Below, in pieces: positions 1-11,410 of a stretch of 64,000 bases of DNA. This stretch comes from Phoronis australis (Eukaryota; Animalia; Phoronida): contig NMRA01000024.1 in the NCBI GenBank assembly GCA_002633005.1, positions 1,414,780 to 1,478,779 of the forward strand, given 5' to 3'. Within the stretch, counting starts at the first letter, position 1. Every line of letters starts with the position of its first letter. Made by a program: the position numbers and the translations under genes. The notes beneath the pieces are model-generated. The model worked only from the letters and a program-made list of their open reading frames with translations, did not search any database and was not told where the DNA came from.

Positions 1-65
1 GGTGAGTGGTAGTGGTAGTGGCAGTAGTAGGGGTAGTGGTAGTCGTAGTGGTGAGTGGTAGTAGT
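1..65. repeat. (GTA/GTG)n trinucleotide tract
   Basis: Read directly. Confidence 0.85.
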
Positions 66-920
66 CTTAACCGGCTAACTGGCAAGTCTGTAGAGTATGG
101 CAAAAATGAACTTGTTACGAGTATCCGTACAGCTGGTTCATGCGGGTCCTTAGAGACTCTCAAACCTTCCGTAATCGAGCACCATTTTGGTGGAGTTTTT
201 ACACCACATGCACTTCTACCATTGTTGAACGTATTGGACAAATAAAATGCATCCTTTTAGTGCACAAACGTTTCCAATTTACACAACACCAAGTCTATTG
301 GACTGCACTGTTTGGTCATTGCAGGTCACAACTAGGACTACAGGTCACAGCTGTCACAGCCGCGGCTCTTACATCTAATACAATAAATGATCGTTTTCTA
401 TTCAGTTTATTTTAACAAATGTGTATTCTAACTGCAAAAGATTGCTTTATGCGAGTTCGTACTGTTCATTTCAAAGAGTTTCCCAGCTGGTTTAAATACT
501 AACATTTCATTTCAGCGTTACTAGCAAACGTGCGCCGTTTGCATAAGCATTTTAATGATTTTGTAAATCTGAAATTTTAAATATATATGTCTAGAAAGAA
601 AATTTCACCCTGTTTAGGTGACTTTTCACTCTCATAAGTCGCATAATAATCGCTACCGTGATAGAATTTTATATCCGTTACCAACAAAACAACGACTCAA
701 AAAACGCTTTAGGTATAGTTTAATAGAGTGAGCCAACCCTAAAATTGCAAATTCAAAAACAGCGCATGTATTAATTGTGTGTAACTAAGCTAGTAACGGG
801 AAATGGAATAAGAGCGGTTTCATGAGAGTAAAATTCCTAAATTCGATTTTCGTTTTCAGTTATCTAAACCCGGTAAATGCAGCTCTAAAGAAATCAAAAG
901 CACTCTCATGTTTAATTCCT

Positions 921-3192
921 TCAGTCAAGCTGTTTTAAAACTGTTTTCTCTGGATCTCTTGCCACTATTGGTAATTTTGAGTACCAATGAGACTTAAAGG
1001 GTTGTTTCATCCAAGTCATATTTCGGATCCATTCGTCGAGGCATTCCAACACCACGTGATCATGGGTGAACGGAAGCAACTTGTTGACAAACATTTCTCG
1101 CCTGGTCACCAGTCTGGGTAGATCTAAAAGATTTGGGATGCAGATACCGTGTCGCGATTTATCACAGTCCCACCATAAAGAATGCGATGTCATGGCTTTG
1201 GGCTCAGGCATTAAAGGTCCTGAAAATGAATTACGGATACCTCTTGGTTCAGTTGTCCTAAAGCTACCTCATTAAAGCGGTCCAAGACAATTAGCTGTAA
1301 AGATTGTTTAGGCTATAAAGCCTAGAGTTTGTGCATTTAGTCAAATACCTACTAAACAGAAGAATTTAACCATGTAAACATATTATAACTTTCTTAATGA
1401 AGAAAGGCAGTAGAATAACTTCTTTTGATTTTGTACCACGTATACCAATTTGTTAATGATTGAGTCTCACGAGAAACCCGATTTCTAATTTCCTTGTACA
1501 CAACGGAAATAACCTTTTAGCTGTCAAAATCTTTTTTGTGTCGCGAATTTGGCTGTCAGAAATGAAGACTTCTGATAGCTGAAGACCACCTTTCGATCAA
1601 AAATGAATACAGGAACAGCCATCACATTGTGTTCACGTGAAATGTATTACGTGGAAGTTGTCGTGACATAGTGTACTTCTTGACAAATATTGTCAACCGG
1701 ACGACGTGAAGAATGCGACAGTGCACGTGACATCAAGTCACGGAAACCTACGTGTCAGACCAGAGAGCTACGTGTATCTATATAAAATATCAGACCAGAC
1801 AAGTAAAAATTAGGGGTTGGACGGAACTTAAATAAACAAACCACGTCATTGAGACCATCGCGGATTCGCAATTGACGAAGTGTGAATTGCTTAGAAAACT
1901 TGCACTATACATCACTGCCAAGAAAGAAAAAGTAACCATGGCAATTATAATAAAAGGCAGACTAAGACCAGCTGTTAAAATAAATGTGAGATGGCGGTGG
2001 CGATGGTGGGAGTGAGGGTGAATCGAAGGCAACGATGATGACGATGGCGACGATGATGACGATGACAACGATGATATTGATGGTGGGGTGACGAGGACTG
2101 TAATGGTGAGTGAGAGACGCATGACGATGATGCCTGTGGTTTTTGTCGTATACCTTTATAGCCACCAGGCGTGTCCAGTTGGGGGTTGAGTGTGAGATGA
2201 TTCAGCGTCATCATATAAGACTCATCTGGGGAATACGATGTCTTTAGAAAATCCCTGAGAGTGATGGAATGATTGTCATAAAGGATATAATTCACGAATG
2301 GTCGTGAAAAGGCACCGAATGCTGACCCTTTTAAAATCGTTAGTCCATACGGTGGCTGTTGATTGTGTGGAATAGGGACCTTATTGTACTTCCATACTTG
2401 ATTACCGTGAACGTTCATCGACGGAAGAAAAAAGCGGTTCTTCCAACGGATGCTTAAGTCATGATTTAGTGATGATATGGTCACATCATTGGACATATTA
2501 AACAATCTTAAAATCTTTATCATTTCAAGAACGGTTTTCAGTGGAAACATTTCTCCAGTTAAATTGATGTGATATTTCCATTTGTGGTTTTTCCTTAGAT
2601 TATCTTCCATACATGTGAGTTCCGCCTCTACCTGAGAGTAACTGGCATACGTTATCACTGTGTGTTTAGATGCAATAAATACGTTAGGAAAGCAATCAGC
2701 GACTGCCTGTATTCCTGTCTTAAAATCGTCTTGCGCTCTTGCATCAACGTGAATGCAATAAATATTTTGACGCCTATAGATGGCACGCAATAACCTTTCC
2801 ACTTGGTCCACGTGATGGTATGCGAGAATTGAAAATGACAATGGGAAATTCTGTTCCTCTTCACTAGGGCCAGGATCCAGAATATAGCACCGATCTTGTT
2901 TAAATAAATCACAATCACGTGTAAGATTCAGAAACTCAATGTCAGGAATGGGCTGTCTAAGACTGTAGCCTTTTGGAAACAGTTCTTGCTCCTCCTTGTC
3001 GCCTTCGATGAGTTTGTAACAACTGTACGATCGTCTCTTACTGTTCTCGTACCAGCGACATGTTGGAGGCGATTTTCTCGTAGCCCTTCCAGGCGCGTTC
3101 TGGCTCCACATTGTCATGATAATATTCATGCTTGTGCAGACTGCCAATATCCCTAACAGAGCATTGTTCACAAGGCACCTGTGAAAAATCAT
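921..3192 (-). CDS. GT14 beta-1,6-N-acetylglucosaminyltransferase (core-2/I-branching GCNT-like), paralog A; coding exons 3192(or 3178)-2154 and 1219-921
   Basis: ORF 1975-3219 carries GT14 motifs FPLSFSILAY, LLRAIYRRQNIYCIHVD, CFPNVFIAS, WKYHINLTGEMFPLKT, KGSAF, SPDE. Donor AAAG|GTATAC at 2154/2153 joins in phase 1 to acceptor TTTTCAG|GA at 1219, giving GGYKG-PLMPEPK...RHGICI...FVNKL, stop TGA 921-923. Hydrophobic N-terminal segment fits a type II anchor. Start uncertain: ATG at 3192 or splice acceptor TTTTTCACAG|G at 3178. Confidence 0.9.
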
Positions 3193-3230
3193 GCAATGCA
3201 CTTTACAAAACGAAAGCAAAAAATACGAAA

Positions 3231-3335
3231 AGCAACAACAACAACAATCGTGTCAATGGTGGCAGCGAGAACAACAAAGGTAGCAAACAACAACAATCGT
3301 GTCAATGGTGGCAGCGAGAACAACAAAGGTAGCAA
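3231..3335. repeat. Two-copy tandem repeat of about 50 bp
   Basis: CAACAACAATCGTGTCAATGGTGGCAGCGAGAACAACAAAGGTAGCAAA occurs twice. Confidence 0.85.
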
Positions 3336-3484
3336 ATGCATGATATTACTACATAGCTTCACCACAATCGCTAGCAACAGTTTCAGCGGTTACTCGAACA
3401 AGTTTGAGCAATAAATTCCCGCAAGGGCCCTGGCATTCCTGACTGATTTTTGATGTACTCAAAAGCATTCTTCTAGTGTAGAGG

Positions 3485-3791
3485 CAGTGGCGCCGGATCT
3501 AGGTTACCATAAGGGAGGGGTCCAACATGTTTGCCTAGGGGAATTGGGTAAAGCGCGGCCGTATGTGCACAGGCGCCCCGAAAGTTGGGCCGGCAGTACG
3601 AATGAGGCTTCTGTTCGGGACATCCGTCGACTAAAAGAATTTTTTTTTTTTAAATAAATAAGGGAACGCGATCCCGCCCCTTTCTCCACTGCCGGTTTGC
3701 TTACGCTTCGCGCTGTTGCTGTTTCATTTTGCTTGCGGCAGCCAACGGAGGGGCGGGCCCCCTGGGTCCCCGCCCCTTAAATCCGCCTATG
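3485..3791. mobile_element. MITE with 5-bp TSD AGAGG
   Basis: Imperfect termini CAGTGGCG.../...ATCCGCCTATG; AGAGG at 3480-3484 and 3792-3796; empty site with one AGAGG in paralog B near 19932. Confidence 0.75.
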
Positions 3792-5775
3792 AGAGGAACC
3801 ATCAAGGATAGCGTGCAATAGCCGATATCATCTCGCAACGTATTAAAGACTACAAATGGGAGACCAGGAGCCTGTTTCTCAACAAGGAAGGTGTGCAGGC
3901 CAAGGCATATGTGTTGCAACTGCTTGCAACGAATGCATTAATGTACAAGACATTACGACAGTATGAACAAACAAAAATTTTGGTTTTTACATAAGTGTCT
4001 TACCCTCGTCTGCAGTATTTAGTAGTGATGCGTTGTCTCCTAATATTTCTGATCACAACCATTTCTCTATGGATTACTTTCAATATTTTCACTCGACAAA
4101 CACTGCACAGGTGTACTGCCTATATAATTTCATAAACGAAGGTCGACACACCCGTCACGTGATAAGCAACTTCTTTTAGCGAAAGCGATGCCACTCGGCC
4201 CGGGTACACCTCCTTACGGTGGCAGCTGGTCATCTTTGACGTCATCATCGTCGGTGCCAGCTATCAATACTATAACACCAGCATAATCGTTCGTATTATA
4301 TTTATCGAGCTCGAAATACGATCGTCATCGTTGTCAGCTTCTTTATCATCACTACCATCATCTTCAATGTCACCTTGACCAAGCTTCAACAGCACCACCA
4401 CCAGCAGGACCACCATGCAGTAGTAGTAGGCGATGCTGATGTAGCAGGCGCAGCACAGGTGCAATGATGGTGACAAGCAGCAGCGCCGTCACTTTCACCA
4501 TCACGCAGAAGCAGAATGATCAGCAGCATCACTAACGCAACCAGTACCACCATCACCACCACCACCACCTTCGACACCATGTCCCATATTAGCCAGCTCC
4601 ATTTAAGTGCTTGAAACCACCATTCACCTTATTGTGACAAGTGACCTTATTGTCAGCATCGTTAAACCTTCCTTTATAGCACTGCATATCACAATAGTGA
4701 ATTCAATATCTCGAAAATCAGAAAATAGAACAAAAGAGAGTTGAATTGAAAATTTCTTAGCTCCACAGACAAGAGAGGAACGTCGGGAATGTAACCAGTG
4801 TCAGTGCGTCATGTCCACCAACACGCGAGTTTCTTGTACAAGCACGTGGCATATCCGCGTTTCTCCGATGTCCCTTGGAATAGTGAAGAGGCACCGTGTG
4901 GTCAAATACTAAGTTATCGCTGTCAGCATAAACGCAACGCTCTGCCATTCCTTATTGCACCATAAACTACGGGAAAACGATGACTTTTCCCACTAAGCCC
5001 AACGGAGGAAGACTTGTACTGTGATTGGTTATAATAGGTATCCACAAACAAATAATCGAGATGAACTAAATAATAAATTGTCAGATAGAGTTTGCAGTTG
5101 TTCTAATTTGACGGCTGATTGACTTGTAGGTTTTTTTTTGTTTTTTTTCTTTTTGGTTTCTTTGATATGAAATAAGTAATTTCAAGCATTTCAGTGCAGA
5201 TATACATCTTTAAAATCTGTATTTAAGTCCACTTGTTGCCTTAGGAAATAAACATTACAAATTAGTCCGTCGGTTATTCTAGTATATTAGGGTCTACGTA
5301 ACAAAGTGCGAAGTCGCTGTCCGAGGTCATATTAAAAAGCAACACCAGTGGAATATTTAAACTTGTACATCGCCCTGTTTAGATGGCTAAAAAACCGGAA
5401 ATCGAATTGGGCCGTGCACACTTATAAAATCAGTGCTATAACGTTTCTAACCTTGATAAGATTTTATTCTCGCGATATCAATATCATTGAAACCACCAAT
5501 TCATGGCTGAATAATACACTTCATAGTTTATAGGTGTTCGCCAATTCTAAAATTGCCGAATCGAAAATGGCGCATGTGCTTAGAGATGGCACGGTAGCCG
5601 AAATGGAGTCCGTATCACGGGAGGTAATCATGCTATGAGATCGAGTTTATTTGGGTAAAAAGACCTAACTCATCAACTAAACAGGGAGAACACAGCTTTT
5701 TAAAGCATGCAGGCAGGTGAGAAAACTAAAATTAAACTCAATGAACTGGAAATCATATAAATGCCATTGACTCAC

Positions 5776-5885
5776 CAGCGCACTGATGAATTGGAAGAAA
5801 AGGTTACAAACAGCGTTTAAAAGTGGCACGTGCCAGTACTGATAAGATCTGGCAGCTGAGCCCGCACCGCAATCGATGGATGAAA
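5776..5885 (-). other. Probable upstream (5'UTR) exon of GCNT paralog A
   Basis: Ends in consensus donor CGCTG|GTGAGT at 5776; the block is conserved at the equivalent position upstream of paralog B (28132-28240) and in the duplicate near 12633-12740; in-frame stop relative to the main exon suggests non-coding. Confidence 0.5.
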
Positions 5886-7059
5886 ATAGTTGTAATTTGC
5901 TACGTTATTTTTTCCTAACTAACGGATTAAAGCTCTGTGAGTACAGCAAATCACGTTCCCAGTAAGAAATAGCTATTTTCCGATATAGCCGCGATTTAAA
6001 TCACAAGGTGGTAGATAGTGAAAATTTCAATTTTGAAGGAAAATGAAGCCAAATTGAAGACAATCTCCGCCAATGACATAATGAAACAGACTACACCTTG
6101 TATATTCAGTATATACGTTCAAAATGGCGTTATAGTTGCAAGTCACACAGACAATTTATAAAGTGCAAATTCTTATACAAGGGCTTTACACACATTCTTA
6201 CCTCACAACCGAGCTTTCCTTTATTTTGCATTTTTAATAAACGGCGTAAGATGTAATCGTAGCACGTGCCCAGATGTATTATCCTAATTACTATGTCCTT
6301 CCTGACACTTGTATTTTTGAAACAAGCAATGTTTGTACTTTGTTCTTCCCAAACGTAAAATCGTATGGCCAAGCTCGATGAAGTGCTAATTTGTGGACTG
6401 CGTTCTGGTCTCTTCTATTTGCAGATTTACCAGCGTTCTTTAACAACTCCTTTGCCTCCATCATATGCCGTCAAATCACATTGTGAGGCCGGATAATCAA
6501 ATAATTCCCAAATGCCACAAAATGCTCGCGCCACGAAAGATTGAAAACACGTTGCGCATATTGGTGTTATAACGACTAGAAACTATTCCAACCGCATGGT
6601 CACCTCGTGCTTCACAACACGGACTAAAAGTTCAATTTCCTTATTAGGATACCTGCCCTTTTACGAAATCAGCACTAACGGGTCCCGCTTCTCATTGATT
6701 GCTGCTGAAAAATTCCACTTGTGTTAGGAATTTTAGGGATCGTAAGCAACTACGATTTTATAGTCTACGGCTCACGCTAGCAACGTTTAAAGCTAAGAAA
6801 GAAATTTGAAACAACGAATTTCTGAAGACGAGAACTTCCGTTAGCATCGTTGAAAAGACAGCCGCTGCACATACTGTGGTGGCCAAAACGCAAGCACGGC
6901 GAAGCCGAAATTTGCGAGATTTTCACGCAACAGTCGCTGCAAACTTAATACAATTTCCATCTACTGAACTTTTCTACTGAACTTTTGCGACCCTAGATCC
7001 ACTTACGTTGGCGTCATGGTGTTAACTTATAACTTCACAGAGGGAAGTCGTCCGATGTT

Positions 7060-7840
7060 TCAAGCTCATTTTCCAGGGATATAGACCTTAATGAGAGGTT
7101 ATGCAACAATTAAAAGGATATCAAACCCGGGTCTGGCCTATTGACAGATACTTAAAATGACTTTCCCATCCAGTTCTCTGAAACAAAATAATGATTGGTA
7201 ATCCTCGAGAACCCTCAAAAGTTTGGAGGACTATTTGAAAACTTCTTACAAAGTCTGCTAAACGGGTAAGCGTGACTTACGCTTTTAGAGAATTACACAG
7301 CAACTTTGGAAAAAGGCCAACCACCAAAGACCACAATATCCAATTTGTAAGAGACGGAGAATGAGTTTTTAGTTGATTCTTACCTTTGACTTGGAAGATT
7401 GACGCCAGAGATGCATGCATTAGCAAGTGACAGAACGAGGATTGGAAGTTGAAATCATCGCAACGTTCTTTAGTATCCTTTAAAGATATTTGGCATTTTC
7501 CCTACTTTTCTCCTGTGTTCGAAAACCAACCAATTCAAATATTCTCTGAGCCGCACGATTGCACCAAACGTAGCACGATTGCAACAAACGTAGCTCCTCG
7601 GCTGGCTATCCAGGGGTTACCGCTCATCGCTTTCTGTACTAATCTCATTCTGTGTATATTGAACGAGCTGTATGCCAAATCTGCTCCCCGAATAAGAAGT
7701 TTTCACCTTGTCAAAAGAGGTTTTACACATTTAATATTGCCTCTTAAAAATGCGTTTACTTTCTGGTTCCATACATATCTTCGATCATGAAGCATGTCTA
7801 CAGCAATTGAGACGACTTCACGAAGAATTCCACCTCCACT
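7060..7840 (-). mobile_element. Degraded dispersed repeat, possibly a LINE 3' end (duplicate 13860-14618)
   Basis: 7120-7300 matches 60760-60950 in reverse complement; 7388-7460 matches 37828-37895 directly. LINE identity rests only on faint ORF2-like remnants. Confidence 0.4.
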
Positions 7841-8140
7841 TTTTGGTCGCTGTTAACTTTTTCATCGAGCACGACAATCACGAAATATTTGATGCCACAC
7901 AAGTTAGAAAAGGACAAGAGCAAGACTGAGCCAAACGGTTGACACTTGCAAACATATCGGAAGATATCAGGTGGAATTCATAAGATTTGTGTCCCATGGA
8001 CGTTTTGTTCGTCAACAAGCGGGATTTCGTATAACATACACAAAATGGCACCCGGTGAGGAAGCTCCGATTTTCATGGTTATGTTCAAAGTATATGGACT
8101 AAATTGTCTACAGTCATCGCATGTGTTGATTATAACTCCA

Positions 8141-8172
<32 letters not shown>

Positions 8173-8200
8173 CGCGTGCGCGCGCGCGCGCGCGCGCGTG
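8141..8200. repeat. (TG)n(CG)n compound microsatellite
   Basis: Uninterrupted purine-pyrimidine alternation read directly. Confidence 0.95.
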
Positions 8201-9905
8201 TATATGCATGTTCATGTTTCATTCGATTTTATTCGCTGTACTATCGCCTGTGCATGCCTGCGATATACACTATACCTTTTTAAAAGTTAAAACTAGTACA
8301 GTCTCAATGGGTTAGTGCTAGGGTTAGGCAGTTGAGAATTTAAAACACATGCATTTTAGTAGAAGAAACATAGAAAATCTCCTATTTGGTACAATCCTAT
8401 GCCTTTCTTACAAAAATTAAGTGTTATATAAATATGCACTTTTCCCGAGGGTAATATCAGGATAGAGATCAGTAGCTGTCTTCCGGCTAGAAATATCTAG
8501 CCAAAATCACGTGTTCATCTTTAGAATACTTTCTACGAGTACGTGTGATTTTGGCTACATTTTCTCGCTGCCAGAACGCTATTGACCTGTACAACATGGT
8601 AATATATAATTGACCAAGAGAGCTACAGTGTTGCCTAAGGGCCGCGAGGGAAATGTTGCTCTCCCGAGGTCCACGTGACCCAAAGCCCTCGAGAGATCGC
8701 TTATACTTCTTTCGTTACCCGCACCACCACTGAAACCTTCTTCCTCTGATTTTTTTCTTATTAGATAAGTTTATTCTTGCCTGGTTTGGTCTAGGCTATT
8801 GACACCGTCTGCTCGCCTTGTGGCCAGGGTTTATGACAGCGTTTGATTGCTCATATCGCAAATAGCCACATACAACGTTCAGACGGTGTGAATGAAAAAC
8901 AATATTACGCACTAAGTTGGTTAATATTATGCAAAACTGGAAGTTCTCGCTCTCCTTTTCAGCCAGAGGACATAAGTGTTATTGTTCCTGTAATGAATGT
9001 ATAGATTATAATTGTTTGGCGTCGGCCATTCTCATGCTGCGTAGTTGATCAAACTAAACACGTGGACGTTTTCTACAGAGCATCGATGCATTCCCGCCAC
9101 GTTTTCCTCCAAAATGTGGACTCCCAGGAGACTGATTATGGGTTATCACGCAGTAATTGTTTGCTGGGGGGTTTAAACATTTTTTCAAGTATTTTATGTT
9201 TTACTGCGCGAGTAAATGCGATTACTATGTCCTTATTATGGCGGGATCTAACATTGATACTTGCCCCGTGTATAGTTTCGAAATCTAGTGAAGTAAATCT
9301 GTACGTAGTGTTAAATCGGATATGAAGGTATGTCTATCATCAAGGGCTATCTGCAGTGGGTGATTGGTTGCTTGCTACCGGGCTTCTCGTTCTCGAGTTA
9401 TTCGAGGTTTTCTGATTTGATGACTGTCTTTCATTGTTTCTTGGTTGGTCGCCGGCCTCACCTTTGAATTTTTAGTCGCTTTCGTCAAAGTGTTGTTTCT
9501 CAGAGAACCTCATTACTCAGAATTTCCTCCCTTTTTCAGATATTCCCGCCCCATTTTAGATGTTCAGATTTTCTCGCATTTTTCTGATCCCCCCTTTCTT
9601 TTAAATTTTCGCCGCCTTTTTTAGATTTCCTCGCCCTTTCTTTGGACTTTTCTCTTTTTAGACTTTGTCGCCTATCTTAAGCCCCCATGTTTTCGCACTT
9701 TTTAAAAAAATTTCTACCTTACTTTGGATTTTCCACTCTTTATTTTAGATTTTCAGCCCTATTCTCATTTTTCAGATTCCCACCCTTTTCTAAATTTTCC
9801 TATTACGATTTTCACGCATCTTTTTATCGCAAACGTTTTCCAATTACCAGCAATCTTTTCTACACCAAGTCTACTGCTTATCGATTATTAGTCACATTTG
9901 CAGGG

Positions 9906-10523
9906 ATATCATTTATGTTCGAAGTATGTCCCGAAAATAATAGGTGCGTCGCAAGCTCCGTTTCCAGAGGTAAAAAGGAGACCGTGATAGGCGATATAAG
10001 GTCATTTATTATGACTAATAACGGTACAGAAATATGGGTGTACAGATAACGACATAAAGATAAAATAATAATCTCTGGAAAGATGGGAAATAAAAAGCGC
10101 CAGCACACAGGTAAGAGGAACCACCGAAAAGAGAGGGTGGTAGAGGGTGGGAAAAAATGATGGGAGATTAAACTCGAACCTAAGTGCTGCAAAAGCGAAG
10201 TACTGATGGCAGGAAATGTAAGTTTACTGAGAACAAAAGAGCCCTATGACACGTGACAATCATCAGTCTATGGGAGCCATGAGATGACCAAACTCGAGGC
10301 ATATGACAGAAACGAACCAATAGTGAGGCTGGAAATGGAATGTCCTAGTGCCTCGTGTGCAGAAGGACCGCATGCGAATCTACACAAAGGATTAATGGAC
10401 CAGTCCGAAAGATGGGGTATAAGTGAGACGAATCCATATTCTCACATAAATATATTTAACGAGTGAAATATCATTTATGTTCGAAGTATGCCCGCAAGCT
10501 CCGTTTCCAGAGATAAAAAGGAG
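9906..10523. mobile_element. Non-coding Ngaro-like terminal remnant (repeat-spacer-repeat)
   Basis: Direct repeats ATATCATTTATGTTCGAAGTATG...GCAAGCTCCGTTTCCAGAG..AAAAAGGAGACCGTGATAG at about 9906-9990 and 10468-10533; repeats and spacer align with 23271-23900 (shared GACACGTGACAATCATCAG, CCATAT.CTCACATA.ATATAT.TAACGAGTGAAATA). Confidence 0.7.
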
Positions 10524-11111
10524 ACCGTGATAGTCATTTATCACTTGCCAAAGCTCATATATCATGATCGCGTCGTGCATTTCAACATGTGTCGTACTCT
10601 AACTGCGTATGACTCAGGACGAGTCAGTACTGTTCATTCCCAGCTGCTTTCGATACAAACTTTTCATTTCAGTATTACTAGCAAATGTACGTCGTTTTCT
10701 TATTTTTAATTTTGTAAATTTTAAATTTTAAATATACATATCTAGTAAGAAAATTTAAAGTAGCATTTCGCACTGTTTAGCTGACTTTTCACTATTATAA
10801 GTCACATGATAATCGCTACCGTGATTGAATTCTATTTCCGTTACCAACAAAAACAAACAAACTTTCAACGACTCAAAAACACTTTATAGTTTATTGAGGT
10901 TGGCCAACCCTAAATTGCAATTCAAAAACAGCTCGTGTATTCATCGTCTGTAATTAAGCTAGTAACGGGAAATGGAATCACATTACAATAACGAATATTA
11001 TTAAACCGATTTAATGAGAGTAAAAGGCATAATTCGATTTTCGCTTTCAGCTAACCAAACTCGGCAAATTTAACTGTAGCAAAATTAAAAACACTCTTAT
11101 GTTTAATTCCT

Positions 11112-11410
11112 TCAGTCAAGCTGTTTTAAAACTGTTTTATCTGAATCTCTCGCCACTATTGGCAATTTTGAGTACCAATGAGACTTAAAGGGTTGTTTCA
11201 TCCAAGTCATATTTCGGATCCACTCGTCGAGGCATTCCAACACCACGTGATCATGGGTGAACGGAAGCAACTTGTTGACAAACATTTCTCGCCTGGTCAC
11301 CAGTCTGGGTAGATCTAAAAGATTTGGGATGCAGATACCGTGTCGCAAGTAAGTACAACCCTTCCATAAAGAGTGCGATGTCATGGCTTTGGGCTCAGGC
11401 ATTAAAGGTC
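11112..11410 (-). CDS. Second (probably allelic) copy of the GCNT paralog B terminal exon
   Basis: Acceptor TTTTCAG|GA at 11410; encodes PLMPEPKAMTSHSLWKGCTYLRHGICI...KQLD*, 3 aa different from 16030-16328; lies in the block duplicated across N12449, with no main exon of its own. Confidence 0.7.

Noticed and set aside
6-415. Val-rich and following ORFs at the window start
   Set aside because: Generated by a trinucleotide tract; no motif or splice support.
1790-2153. Ser/His-rich C-terminal extension of ORF 1975-3219 and overlapping ORFs
   Set aside because: Intron read-through over a (GAT/GAC)n tract; the frame is spliced at 2154.
11112-11410. A third GCNT gene or alternative terminal exon
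   Set aside because: Lies within the N12449 overlap; more simply the other allele of 16030-16328.
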